Below are positions 55,941 to 64,000 of a stretch of 64,000 bases of DNA, piece by piece (position 1 is the stretch's first letter; every line of letters starts with the position of its first letter). The DNA is from Candidatus Fermentibacteraceae bacterium (GTDB taxonomy: Bacteria; Fermentibacterota; Fermentibacteria; Fermentibacterales; JCC-6), in the NCBI GenBank assembly GCA_041750285.1, contig JBGSZS010000011.1, forward strand, positions 64,001 to 128,000, given 5' to 3'. Below the pieces are notes generated by a model. That model had not been told where the DNA came from. It ran no database searches and saw only the letters and a program-made list of their open reading frames with translations. A program made the position numbers and the translations under genes.

Positions 55941-57127
55941 GTTTCCAGGACTCTGTCACCGTCGTTACGGTCCTTCACAACAACGCACCCCTCATGCCGC
56001 AGCTGGCCGACACCCTCAGGGGGCTGGGAACCGGCGCCGTCATCTACGACAGCGGTTCGTCAGACGGTTCCGCACCGGCCGCGGCCCGCCTTCTGCCCGG
56101 TGCAAGGGTCCTGGTCGGCGAAAATCTCGGATTCGGCCACGGCAACAACGTCGCGGTCAGACAAGCCGACACAAAGTACATCCTCTTTCTCAACAGCGAC
56201 GCCGGGATCGAAGCCGGCTCCCTCGAAAGGCTCTTTGACCATCTTGAGGGGCACCCGTCCGTGGCGGCCGTCCAGCCATTGATCAGGGCATGGAAATGGC
56301 CGCTGGTCACCGCGGGAAGCGGGGTCTACGTGACGCCCTTCGGCGAGGCGTGGGACGCCCGTTTCATGCACCTCGAGAGAAGGGCGGGCGACGCCGTATC
56401 GGCCCCCCCCGCAGTATCGGCAGCAGTATCCCTCTGGCGGACCGACGCATTCACGGCGGCAGGCGGTTTCGACCCTGGTTACTTCATGTACTTTGAAGAC
56501 GCCGACCTCTGTCTCCGCGCACGGACCTTGGGATGGGATTTCTCCGTGCTGAGGCAGGCATCCGCCCTTCACATGATCGGTGCCTCCAGCGACAGGTCCC
56601 GTGCTTCCCTCTGGGAACTGGCTTCGTCCATCAGGCTTGCCCGAAGGTTTCTTGGGGGAGGGAAGCTGCCGCGCGGTTTCCTTGCACGCGAGGCCAGGAA
56701 GGAACTGGCCCTTCTGCGCCGCGGGAAGCCTTGGATCCGGCGTCTGCGTGTTCTCTCCAGGGAGATCGGCAAACCCGTTCAGGCACTCGAGCTTCCACCG
56801 GAAGTCCTTGCCGGGCTGCACGGACACCCCTCAGACCTTCCGCTTCCAAGACCAGGCCCCCTGGGTCCCGGCATTCAGGGAACAAGCATTGCGCCTTACG
56901 GTGTGTTTCCAGCATCAGGGGCCACCCTTACCCTGCGCTCAAGGGGACCGGCAGTATCGGGGGGCATGTGCGATGCCGGCGGGACCCTGAGGAAGGAGTT
57001 CTTCGTAAATGCGGGCGAGGCCGTCCGGATCAGGCTTCTCACCGAAGGCGGATTGTCGTACATTTTCTGTGACAGACCCGAATCAAGGCTGGAGGTGAAC
57101 GTTGGCGACATCACCGCGCAGGGGTGA
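55937..57127 (+). CDS. GT2 glycosyltransferase (rhamnosyltransferase-like) with C-terminal extension
   Basis: DSGSSDGS, NLGFGHGNN, LFLNSD, GGFDPGYFMYFEDADL. Confidence 0.9.
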   Translation: MSFQDSVTVVTVLHNNAPLMPQLADTLRGLGTGAVIYDSGSSDGSAPAAARLLPGARVLVGENLGFGHGNNVAVRQADTKYILFLNSDAGIEAGSLERLFDHLEGHPSVAAVQPLIRAWKWPLVTAGSGVYVTPFGEAWDARFMHLERRAGDAVSAPPAVSAAVSLWRTDAFTAAGGFDPGYFMYFEDADLCLRARTLGWDFSVLRQASALHMIGASSDRSRASLWELASSIRLARRFLGGGKLPRGFLAREARKELALLRRGKPWIRRLRVLSREIGKPVQALELPPEVLAGLHGHPSDLPLPRPGPLGPGIQGTSIAPYGVFPASGATLTLRSRGPAVSGGMCDAGGTLRKEFFVNAGEAVRIRLLTEGGLSYIFCDRPESRLEVNVGDITAQG

Positions 57128-57878
57128 GCTTGCCATTGCACTGGCCGGCATCGCGGTCTGGCTTGCCATCGTTCTCTTCCGCGGATTCTCCCCCGAATGG
57201 CTCGCCCTTCCACTTGCTGCGGTGGCGGTCTCGACACTGATCGGCAACCCGATGTTCATCCCGGGGCTCCTCATACTTCTGTGCGCCATGGTGTCCGCAA
57301 CGGGAGCCCCTGTGGCAGCTGTCGCTGGCGTGCTAGCATCCTTTTCGTCCAGCCGCGTCCCGGGCAGGATCGCCGGCTGGCTCGCGCTTTCGGCGTGGGC
57401 GCTGGCGAACCCTTCCATGAGCTTGGTTCCATTGGTCCTTGCATGCGCGCTCGCCTCGCTTTTCGACGCCAGGGGGGTCAGGATGATCCTCGCTGTCGTA
57501 TCGGCCATCCTGCTGCCCTGCCTCGGTTTTCTGCCGAACGCGGACCATGCTGTGCCGTCCACGGCCCGTTGTTTCCTGGAGGAGGGCCACGCCTGGTGGA
57601 AGCTTCAGCCGGTCACGCTGGGTACGGGTGGCGCAGTTCTGGCTCCGCCCGTGCCAGGACCGTTCACCATGACGCTCGAACTGCAATGCGGCGGCGTGAG
57701 GGATTCACTTCCCGTTGCAGCTGTCCTGGCCGGTGAGAACACGATATGCCTTCCCTCCGGCTCCCACACCCTCCGCCTCGATCTCGCGTCCCCTGATTCT
57801 GTTTTCATAGTGCTGCTCCGCGAGCCCCGGCCGTTCACTCATCCCGTCGCACATGTCTTTGCGGAGGCCGAATGGTGA
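57102..57878 (+). CDS. Hypothetical membrane protein with C-terminal beta domain
   Basis: Several TM segments followed by a soluble beta-rich tail; overlaps both neighbours. Confidence 0.65.
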   Translation: MATSPRRGELAIALAGIAVWLAIVLFRGFSPEWLALPLAAVAVSTLIGNPMFIPGLLILLCAMVSATGAPVAAVAGVLASFSSSRVPGRIAGWLALSAWALANPSMSLVPLVLACALASLFDARGVRMILAVVSAILLPCLGFLPNADHAVPSTARCFLEEGHAWWKLQPVTLGTGGAVLAPPVPGPFTMTLELQCGGVRDSLPVAAVLAGENTICLPSGSHTLRLDLASPDSVFIVLLREPRPFTHPVAHVFAEAEW

Positions 57879-59863
57879 ACCGGCCGGCATTGAAGGCGCC
57901 CGTTGCCTCTCTTGCTGCGGGAGCCTGGGTCTTTCTGCTCTGGCGTCTGACAGGAATGCCCGATCCCGGAGGGATGGGGCGGCTTATTCCCATTTCATGG
58001 GCAGTCTGCTCGCTTGTTTCCTGGGGCTCGGGGAAGTTCCTTCCCGCGGCCTGCTCCATGGCGGTCTTTACCGTTTTCAGCATGTTCTGGAGGGTTGTTC
58101 CATGGGGCTGGCAGGGAGCCGCTGCTGCGGCCGTTTCGGGTCTCATCCTGATGGGTTTCGCGCTGGCGGGGCAGCGCATGGGGATCATCAGGGGCATCCT
58201 TCCAATGGCTTTCCTGATGATAGCGACCGTTCCCTTTACTTCCGACGAGGTCCGTTTCTCGGAGATAGCTTCGGACATCGCGGGAACTGACGGGTACCGT
58301 TTCGAGGCAAGGCCGGGCGACCCCGCTCCGGGAGACAGCCACCATACCCTGGTCTACCCGCTCATACTGGCTCCAGGCACCTTTTTCGGTCCAGTCGGAA
58401 TAAGGATCATGGGGCTGTTGCCCCTCATTGGGTGCCTTCTCATGCTTCGCCTTCTGCTTGCAGGGGGCGGACTGCCCTCGCCGGGCATGACGGCGGTCAT
58501 GGCGGCCCTTCTGATGCCTGGCTTCACCCTGCTGGGACCGGCCCTGAGCGGCTGGACCGCGGCTGCGGCCATTTGCGCCTTCGCTCTTCTGCCCAGGGGT
58601 CACAGGGGTTTCTGGGGCACCATTCTGCTCTCGGCTTTCCTGATCGCACTGAAGATGCGCTATGCGGGTGCTGCCGCCGGCATGTTGGTATGCTGGTACC
58701 TCGAGAACAATCACGGTTATCGAAGGAGGCTTCTGGTCCCCCTGGCGGTGCTCGGATTCACGGTCATAGTGCTTGCGATCGACCGTTACCTTCTGAACGG
58801 AGGCGTGCTCTGGGTCAGGTACGGCACCACCGAAACCATCACCGCGATCGGAATGAACCTGTTCAGGCGTCCCTCGATGCTTCTGCGAACAGCCTTCGAG
58901 ATGCTTCTGGACGCAGAGGCGGGGCTCCTGCCGAAAGCACCCTGGGTAATCGCCGCATTTGCCGGCATGCCGCTTCTCAGAAAGTCCGGGGGAACACTTT
59001 TCGGAAGGCTCGCCCTTCCGGCTTTCTTCTACATCGCCGTCCATCTGGTCTGGAGCGGGGAGAGCTGGCACGGTCTGCCCTCTCCGGCAACCCGGATATT
59101 CCTTCCGCTGGTTCCCCTGCTTGCCGCGTCGCTGGCCATGGTTCTCGGGAGAAGCACGACAAGCCTTCTCACGGGCCTTTCCGTTGCCGTTTCCGCGGGG
59201 CTTTCTGCGGTTCCCGTTTCAAGGTTCAACCTCGCATCGGGCTCGGACAACCTGATGAGGCTGATCGATGCAGCCTCTCACGGGGTTTCGATGGTCCGCC
59301 ACTCTGAAGCGGCGATCCTTTTCTGGACGGTGTTCGCGTTCGCCGCGTTCCTTCTCGCAAGGCATGACAGGACAACCGGCCTGACGGTCCTTCTTGCCGG
59401 AGGCGCACTGGCGCTTGCCCTTCCTGCCCGCCCCGGACGCATCGAGGCTGAAGACGCAGGCCCCCGGATGGTCCACGGAGCAATGATCCACCCCATGAAC
59501 CCCGATCCGGGTGAACGGGCTCACTGGTTCTTCTCCAGAGAGCGGACCCTCGTGCTCGACCACCCCGCTCAGCGGCTTTACATGCCCTGCGGAAGGTTGT
59601 CGTTCCGAGCCTCGGGAGAACCGGGAGCGATGCTCGTTGCAGGCGACGACACCATCGATGTGCAAACGGATCTGCTGCCCCTGCCCGGGGCTTTCCAGCA
59701 GCTGCGAAGGGGCTCCGCCATCCCTGACAGACCCGAGAACCGTGAGATGAGGGTATACACTCTCACCCTCCGGGGTCCCGCCACGTTTGCGATCCCCGAA
59801 GGCGGGGCTCCGGTGTATTTCGACTGGTTCGAGATCGCACGGGAAGCGGGGGGTGGGGAATGA
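57872..59863 (+). CDS. Polytopic membrane protein, GT-C-like
   Basis: TSDE acidic motif in a loop, LLDAEAGLL..APW, more than 12 TMs, soluble C-terminal domain. Confidence 0.65.
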   Translation: MVNRPALKAPVASLAAGAWVFLLWRLTGMPDPGGMGRLIPISWAVCSLVSWGSGKFLPAACSMAVFTVFSMFWRVVPWGWQGAAAAAVSGLILMGFALAGQRMGIIRGILPMAFLMIATVPFTSDEVRFSEIASDIAGTDGYRFEARPGDPAPGDSHHTLVYPLILAPGTFFGPVGIRIMGLLPLIGCLLMLRLLLAGGGLPSPGMTAVMAALLMPGFTLLGPALSGWTAAAAICAFALLPRGHRGFWGTILLSAFLIALKMRYAGAAAGMLVCWYLENNHGYRRRLLVPLAVLGFTVIVLAIDRYLLNGGVLWVRYGTTETITAIGMNLFRRPSMLLRTAFEMLLDAEAGLLPKAPWVIAAFAGMPLLRKSGGTLFGRLALPAFFYIAVHLVWSGESWHGLPSPATRIFLPLVPLLAASLAMVLGRSTTSLLTGLSVAVSAGLSAVPVSRFNLASGSDNLMRLIDAASHGVSMVRHSEAAILFWTVFAFAAFLLARHDRTTGLTVLLAGGALALALPARPGRIEAEDAGPRMVHGAMIHPMNPDPGERAHWFFSRERTLVLDHPAQRLYMPCGRLSFRASGEPGAMLVAGDDTIDVQTDLLPLPGAFQQLRRGSAIPDRPENREMRVYTLTLRGPATFAIPEGGAPVYFDWFEIAREAGGGE

Positions 59864-60675
59864 GCACCGAAGTATCGGTGGTGATCCCTTCCAGGAACGG
59901 TCTTGAATTTCTGATGAAGCAGCTTCCGCTGCTCCTCGATGACGAACGTCTCGAGGTGCTGGTGGTGGACGACTGCTCCTCGGACGGCACCACGGAGACC
60001 CTGCGGAAGGCTTTCCCCTCCCTCAGGGTCCTGGCGCGCAGCGGAACCCCCGGATTCTGTTACGCAGTGAACGAAGGGATGCTGGCAGCCTCCTCCGACC
60101 TTCTGATGCTGCTGAACAACGACGTTGCTCCGGAACCGGGCTGTTTCGAGGGAATGGCCCGTTGGCTTTCAGACGCGCCGTCCGGGGTGGCCGTGACCGT
60201 TCCCAGGATCATGAGGCCCGACGGGACCGATGACGGTTCCATGGAGTGGGGTTTTCGCAGGGGACTGGCCTTCACGGCGCCGCGAGCGGGTCATCCCTAT
60301 CCCTCCGGAGCTTGTGCCCTCTGGCGAAGGGCTGCATGGTTCGATCTGGGAGGGCTGAGCACAAGGTACGCTCCGATCTACTGGGAGGACGCTGACCTCG
60401 GAGCGCGCCTGGCGCGAACGGGAATGTCGATGGCCAGGTACGATGGTCCCGGCGTCATGCACGACCACGCAGCAACGATGGGCAGAAGCCCTTCAAGCGA
60501 AACCCTGAGGGAGCGCAACCGCTTCATTTTCATGGAATCATGGTGCTCCTCCGGGGGCATGCGCGCCCGGACGGCTGCATGGCTGCCGGTTCACCTGGCG
60601 CTTGCCAGACTGAGGGGAAACAGGGCCTTCACGAACGGTTACTCACAATACCTGGGGCTGCGCAATGACCTCTGA
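59860..60675 (+). CDS. GT2 glycosyltransferase
   Basis: VSVVIPSRN, VVDDCSSDGT, LLNND, YWEDADL. Confidence 0.9.
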   Translation: MSTEVSVVIPSRNGLEFLMKQLPLLLDDERLEVLVVDDCSSDGTTETLRKAFPSLRVLARSGTPGFCYAVNEGMLAASSDLLMLLNNDVAPEPGCFEGMARWLSDAPSGVAVTVPRIMRPDGTDDGSMEWGFRRGLAFTAPRAGHPYPSGACALWRRAAWFDLGGLSTRYAPIYWEDADLGARLARTGMSMARYDGPGVMHDHAATMGRSPSSETLRERNRFIFMESWCSSGGMRARTAAWLPVHLALARLRGNRAFTNGYSQYLGLRNDL

Positions 60676-62278
60676 GAAGCGTTACGGTTTCGGTGTGGAG
60701 GCTCTGGCGGGATTGGTTGCGGGGGCTTCGGCCCTGGCCGTGCTGGTTGTCGTGATGGTCCTCTTCCTGATGCTCCGCGAACACCAAAGATGGTCCATCT
60801 CACTGGCAACCGGAGTCGCGGCAAGGATCGCGGGGGAGATGGGCGCCCACCCCGACCAGGCGGGCCTCGAGGCTTCATGCCGCGGACTTGTCCCATCCGA
60901 CGCCCTGACCGCGGCGGTGTTCATTGACAGCGCCGGTGTACCCCTTTACGCCTTCCCCGATCTTGGCCCTGACCAGCTCGCCTCGAAGGACTGGGTCTAC
61001 ATTTCCGCCCGGACATCGGGTTCGGTTGGCGTCCTTCGTGCCGAATCCCCCGCGATGTCGCTTGCCGACCCCATCCTCTACGGTCTTGGAGCGATATGCA
61101 TTGCCCTTGCCCTGACCGCCCTTCTCATGCCGGCATACCTTCGCGCAAGGGTGATCGACCCTCTCCGAAGACTGCTCGTGCAGGCGGACAGGTACAGAAG
61201 CGGAAGCGGGAACGATCCCCTTACTGCGTCGGTGTCATTCCACGAACTGGTCGAGCTTCTGGCCCGCCGCGAAAGTGAACTCGAGAGCATGCGCGAACGT
61301 GCCGTGGCAAGGGCGGACCTTGCCGAAAGCAGGGCCGGGGCCGTTCTGGAAACCCTTGACTCGGCCGTCGCGGCCGTTGACGCAACAGGAAGCCTGATTC
61401 TGATGAACGCCAGGGCAAAGGAGCTTTACGGCCTCACGGAGGATGACAGGGGCAGACCGTTCCCGTACTCGAGAACACCACTCGCCGCCGCCGCACTCAC
61501 TCCGGGAGGGGAAGTGGAGTTCGACGGAAGGTCATACAGGGTCAAATCGCTTCGTCACTCCGGGGGCGAACTGGTTGTCACCGCCACCGACATCTCGGAA
61601 GAGCTGATACTCGAGAGGCGTCTGTCCGAGGAGAGGGCGCTGGCTGACCTGGGAGCCTTTTCGGGCGGTGTCGTCCATGAGATAGGGAACACCCTGTGTG
61701 CCCTCAGGGGTTTTCTGGACCTTCTGGGCCGGGGCACGACCGACGGAAGGTCGAGGAAACTCATGGACGAGGCGAGGCTCGAACTGGATTCGGCAAGCCG
61801 CGTCGTCGACGCCTTCAGAACGCTGGCCAGGGGCGGCGAGGAACCGGGGTTCATACCCGTTCCGGGGGAGGAGATCGTTTCCTGCGTCAGACAGGAATGC
61901 CTCAGTTCAGGTGTTTCCTTCAGATGCACCCATGTATTCGAGGAATTCTACCGGACCGATACGGTGCTCCTTGCACGATGCGTGAGGAACCTTCTGGAGA
62001 ACGCGCTGGAAAACTGCAGTAAGGAGGAGGTCACTGTGACCATGGGTGGTCCCGCACCCCTTTCCATAGAGGTCCTTGACGCGGGTCCCGGCCTTCCCGA
62101 TCCTCCCGAGACCGTTTTCAGACCGCTTTACTCCACGGGAAGGGACAAGGGGCACATGGGGATAGGACTGACCGTGAGCAGAAGGATAATCCTGGCAATG
62201 GGAGGCAGGATGACCGCCAGGAATACAGACTCAGGGGCTTCTTTTGTCATCACACTTCCAGGGGAGGGCTCCAGGTGA
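60665..62278 (+). CDS. Sensor histidine kinase (2 TM, PAS-like)
   Basis: VHEIGN, NLLENA, DAGPG, GIGL. Confidence 0.88.
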   Translation: MTSEKRYGFGVEALAGLVAGASALAVLVVVMVLFLMLREHQRWSISLATGVAARIAGEMGAHPDQAGLEASCRGLVPSDALTAAVFIDSAGVPLYAFPDLGPDQLASKDWVYISARTSGSVGVLRAESPAMSLADPILYGLGAICIALALTALLMPAYLRARVIDPLRRLLVQADRYRSGSGNDPLTASVSFHELVELLARRESELESMRERAVARADLAESRAGAVLETLDSAVAAVDATGSLILMNARAKELYGLTEDDRGRPFPYSRTPLAAAALTPGGEVEFDGRSYRVKSLRHSGGELVVTATDISEELILERRLSEERALADLGAFSGGVVHEIGNTLCALRGFLDLLGRGTTDGRSRKLMDEARLELDSASRVVDAFRTLARGGEEPGFIPVPGEEIVSCVRQECLSSGVSFRCTHVFEEFYRTDTVLLARCVRNLLENALENCSKEEVTVTMGGPAPLSIEVLDAGPGLPDPPETVFRPLYSTGRDKGHMGIGLTVSRRIILAMGGRMTARNTDSGASFVITLPGEGSR

Positions 62279-63531
62279 AACGCATTCTGCTGGTGGAGGA
62301 CAAGAGGGGCATGAGAAACATGCTCCGCACGGCCCTGGAAGAGGACGGATGGGAGGTGACCGAGGCCGGGAACACGCCCGACGCCTTCAGGGAGCTTGCT
62401 TCCGCCGCCTTCGACGCCGTTCTCACCGATGTCTGCCTGCCCGGTGAAAGAGACGGCCTTGCGGTCCTGTCCAAAACACCGCCGGGTACCCCCGTCATGC
62501 TCATGACCGCCTACGGAACGATCGACATGGCCGTCGAGGCCATGAAGGCCGGCGCACGCGATTTCATCACCAAGCCCTTTGAACTCGGCGATCTGCTTTC
62601 AAGGCTCTCCTCCCTCGGTACGGGGCAGGGGCATGAGTTGATAGGACGAGATCCGGGACTTCTGGCGGTTCTTCGAAGGGCCGACTCCGCAGCCGCCTGC
62701 GACCTGAACGTCCTTGTCACTGGGGAAAGCGGCACGGGGAAGGAACTGCTGGTTGAGCGGATCCACCGAATGAGCCGCCGGTGTGAGGGTCCCTTCATAC
62801 CCGTCAACTGCGCCGCGATCCCGCGGGACCTCTTGGAGAGCGAGCTTTTCGGCGCGGAAAAGGGAGCCTACACCGGAGCCTTCGAAAGCCGGGCAGGAAG
62901 GTTCGAAATGGCCTCGGGCGGAACCATTTTCCTCGACGAGATAGGGGATCTCGATCCGACGCTCCAGGGAAAGCTTCTGAGGGTTCTTTCGGGATGCACG
63001 TTCACCCGCGTCGGGGGCACCAGGCAGATCCACAGCGAGGCCAGGGTTCTGGCAGCGAGCAACAGGGACCTGCTTTCACTCTCCCGTGAAGGCTGCTTCA
63101 GGGATGACCTTTACTACAGGCTGAGCGAGTTCACGATCCATATTCCACCCCTTCGCGACCGCCGCGACGACATTCCCCTGCTGACCGAACATTTCCTGGC
63201 CGGAAGGGGAAAGCTGGCCCCGGACGCAATCGAGACCCTCATGAACAGCAGCTGGCCCGGAAATGTAAGGCAGCTCAGGAACATCCTTCTCAGGGCCGCA
63301 GTCCTTGCGGATGGAAATCCCATCACGCGTGAGATGCTGGAGGTTCCCGACGAAGCCGCCCGTGAAGGCTCAATGCTCACCGAGTCGGCAAGGGTGTCGC
63401 GCGAACAGGAGCTTAGAATGATTCACGACGCCCTCACGCGATGCGACGGCAACCGTTCGAGGGCGGCAAAGCTCCTGGGTATCAGCTATCGGACGCTGCT
63501 CAACAGACTGAAGGACCACGGTCAGGCTTGA
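62275..63531 (+). CDS. Sigma54-dependent response regulator (NtrC family)
   Basis: REC domain, GESGTGKE, ELFGAEKGAYTGA, FLDEIG, WPGNVRQL, Fis-type HTH. Confidence 0.95.
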   Translation: MKRILLVEDKRGMRNMLRTALEEDGWEVTEAGNTPDAFRELASAAFDAVLTDVCLPGERDGLAVLSKTPPGTPVMLMTAYGTIDMAVEAMKAGARDFITKPFELGDLLSRLSSLGTGQGHELIGRDPGLLAVLRRADSAAACDLNVLVTGESGTGKELLVERIHRMSRRCEGPFIPVNCAAIPRDLLESELFGAEKGAYTGAFESRAGRFEMASGGTIFLDEIGDLDPTLQGKLLRVLSGCTFTRVGGTRQIHSEARVLAASNRDLLSLSREGCFRDDLYYRLSEFTIHIPPLRDRRDDIPLLTEHFLAGRGKLAPDAIETLMNSSWPGNVRQLRNILLRAAVLADGNPITREMLEVPDEAAREGSMLTESARVSREQELRMIHDALTRCDGNRSRAAKLLGISYRTLLNRLKDHGQA

Positions 63532-64000
63532 CGGCTTCGAGTGCCTGGGCGGGAGTAATTCCGGGATCCCGCACAAGGGCGTCGAGAAGCATCTGGGCGC
63601 CCCTGGGGCTGATGCGCTGTTCACATGCCCACGCCATCGTCCCGGTTACCTTGTCCGCTCCGAGGACCCCGTACCAGTCGAACCCGGCCCTCTTCGATGC
63701 CCTGGACCTGTCCGCAAGCAGATTCGCAAGGGCTGAAGGTTTCCAGTCGACCTTTTTCAGAAGTGCTTCGAAATCGTCACCCAGTTCGAGGCTCAGAAGC
63801 CTGTCGACAAGGTGTTCACTGACACCGAGCAGTTGCCATGTGTCGCGGCGTTCCCATGGAGGGGGGGGGAGGAGCGCCTTGAGCCTCTGGAAGGTGTCGG
63901 GACTGATGGGTTCAGGGGGGAGATCCGTGTCGGGGTACATGCGGTCCGCTCCGGGAAGTATGCGCTCGAACGTCGTCCTTCCGCCGGGAAGGGCCTGCCG
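63500..64000 (-). CDS. gatE: Glu-tRNA(Gln) amidotransferase subunit GatE, C-terminal part (5' end outside the window)
   Basis: Open frame from the window edge reads RQALPGGRTTFERILPGADRMYPDTDLPP, matching the GatE pattern R.LP.G.T...R.LPG..RMYP.TD.P rather than GatB DYRYFPEPDL. Confidence 0.8.
   Translation of the reverse strand, partial: RQALPGGRTTFERILPGADRMYPDTDLPPEPISPDTFQRLKALLPPPPWERRDTWQLLGVSEHLVDRLLSLELGDDFEALLKKVDWKPSALANLLADRSRASKRAGFDWYGVLGADKVTGTMAWACEQRISPRGAQMLLDALVRDPGITPAQALEAVKPDRGPSVC

Noticed and set aside
62860..62882. GAYTGA instead of GAFTGA in the sigma54 activator
   Set aside because: The Tyr variant occurs in functional enhancer-binding proteins.
1717..63822. Many long antisense or alternate-frame ORFs, e.g. 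26129-27793, 46771-48090, 35627-36769
   Set aside because: They are shadows of real genes in high-GC DNA and carry no motifs.

Overview
GC-rich, gene-dense chromosomal window from an anaerobic diderm bacterium. Proteins with T9SS-type C-terminal domains, a gingipain-family protease and TW(G/A)xxK-tailed proteins suggest an FCB-group candidate lineage such as Ca. Fermentibacterota; this is an inference. I found no mobile element, prophage or CRISPR array. Contents: two tRNAs, secG, mutS, msbA with a GT9 gene, an ECF sigma/anti-sigma/PDZ operon, TetR-RND efflux, MATE, a Rex-headed electron-bifurcating [FeFe]-hydrogenase operon with a sensory hydrogenase-histidine kinase and two receiver proteins, a glycosylation cluster, a sigma54 two-component system and many secreted proteins. 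Five standout observations. (1) Two in-frame ORFs at 49953-50960 are separated only by a TGA that is followed by a SECIS-like GGU hairpin, giving a probable secreted beta-propeller selenoprotein with a Cys-Sec motif and a T9SS-type tail. (2) The secG-linked tRNA-Leu has anticodon AAG instead of GAG. (3) Three unrelated secreted proteins share a C-terminal LxxxTW(G/A)x(I/V)K(S/A)S(F/W) motif, a candidate sorting signal. (4) An archaeal-type GatE is cut by the right edge. (5) A probable H2-sensing phosphorelay sits inside the hydrogenase operon.
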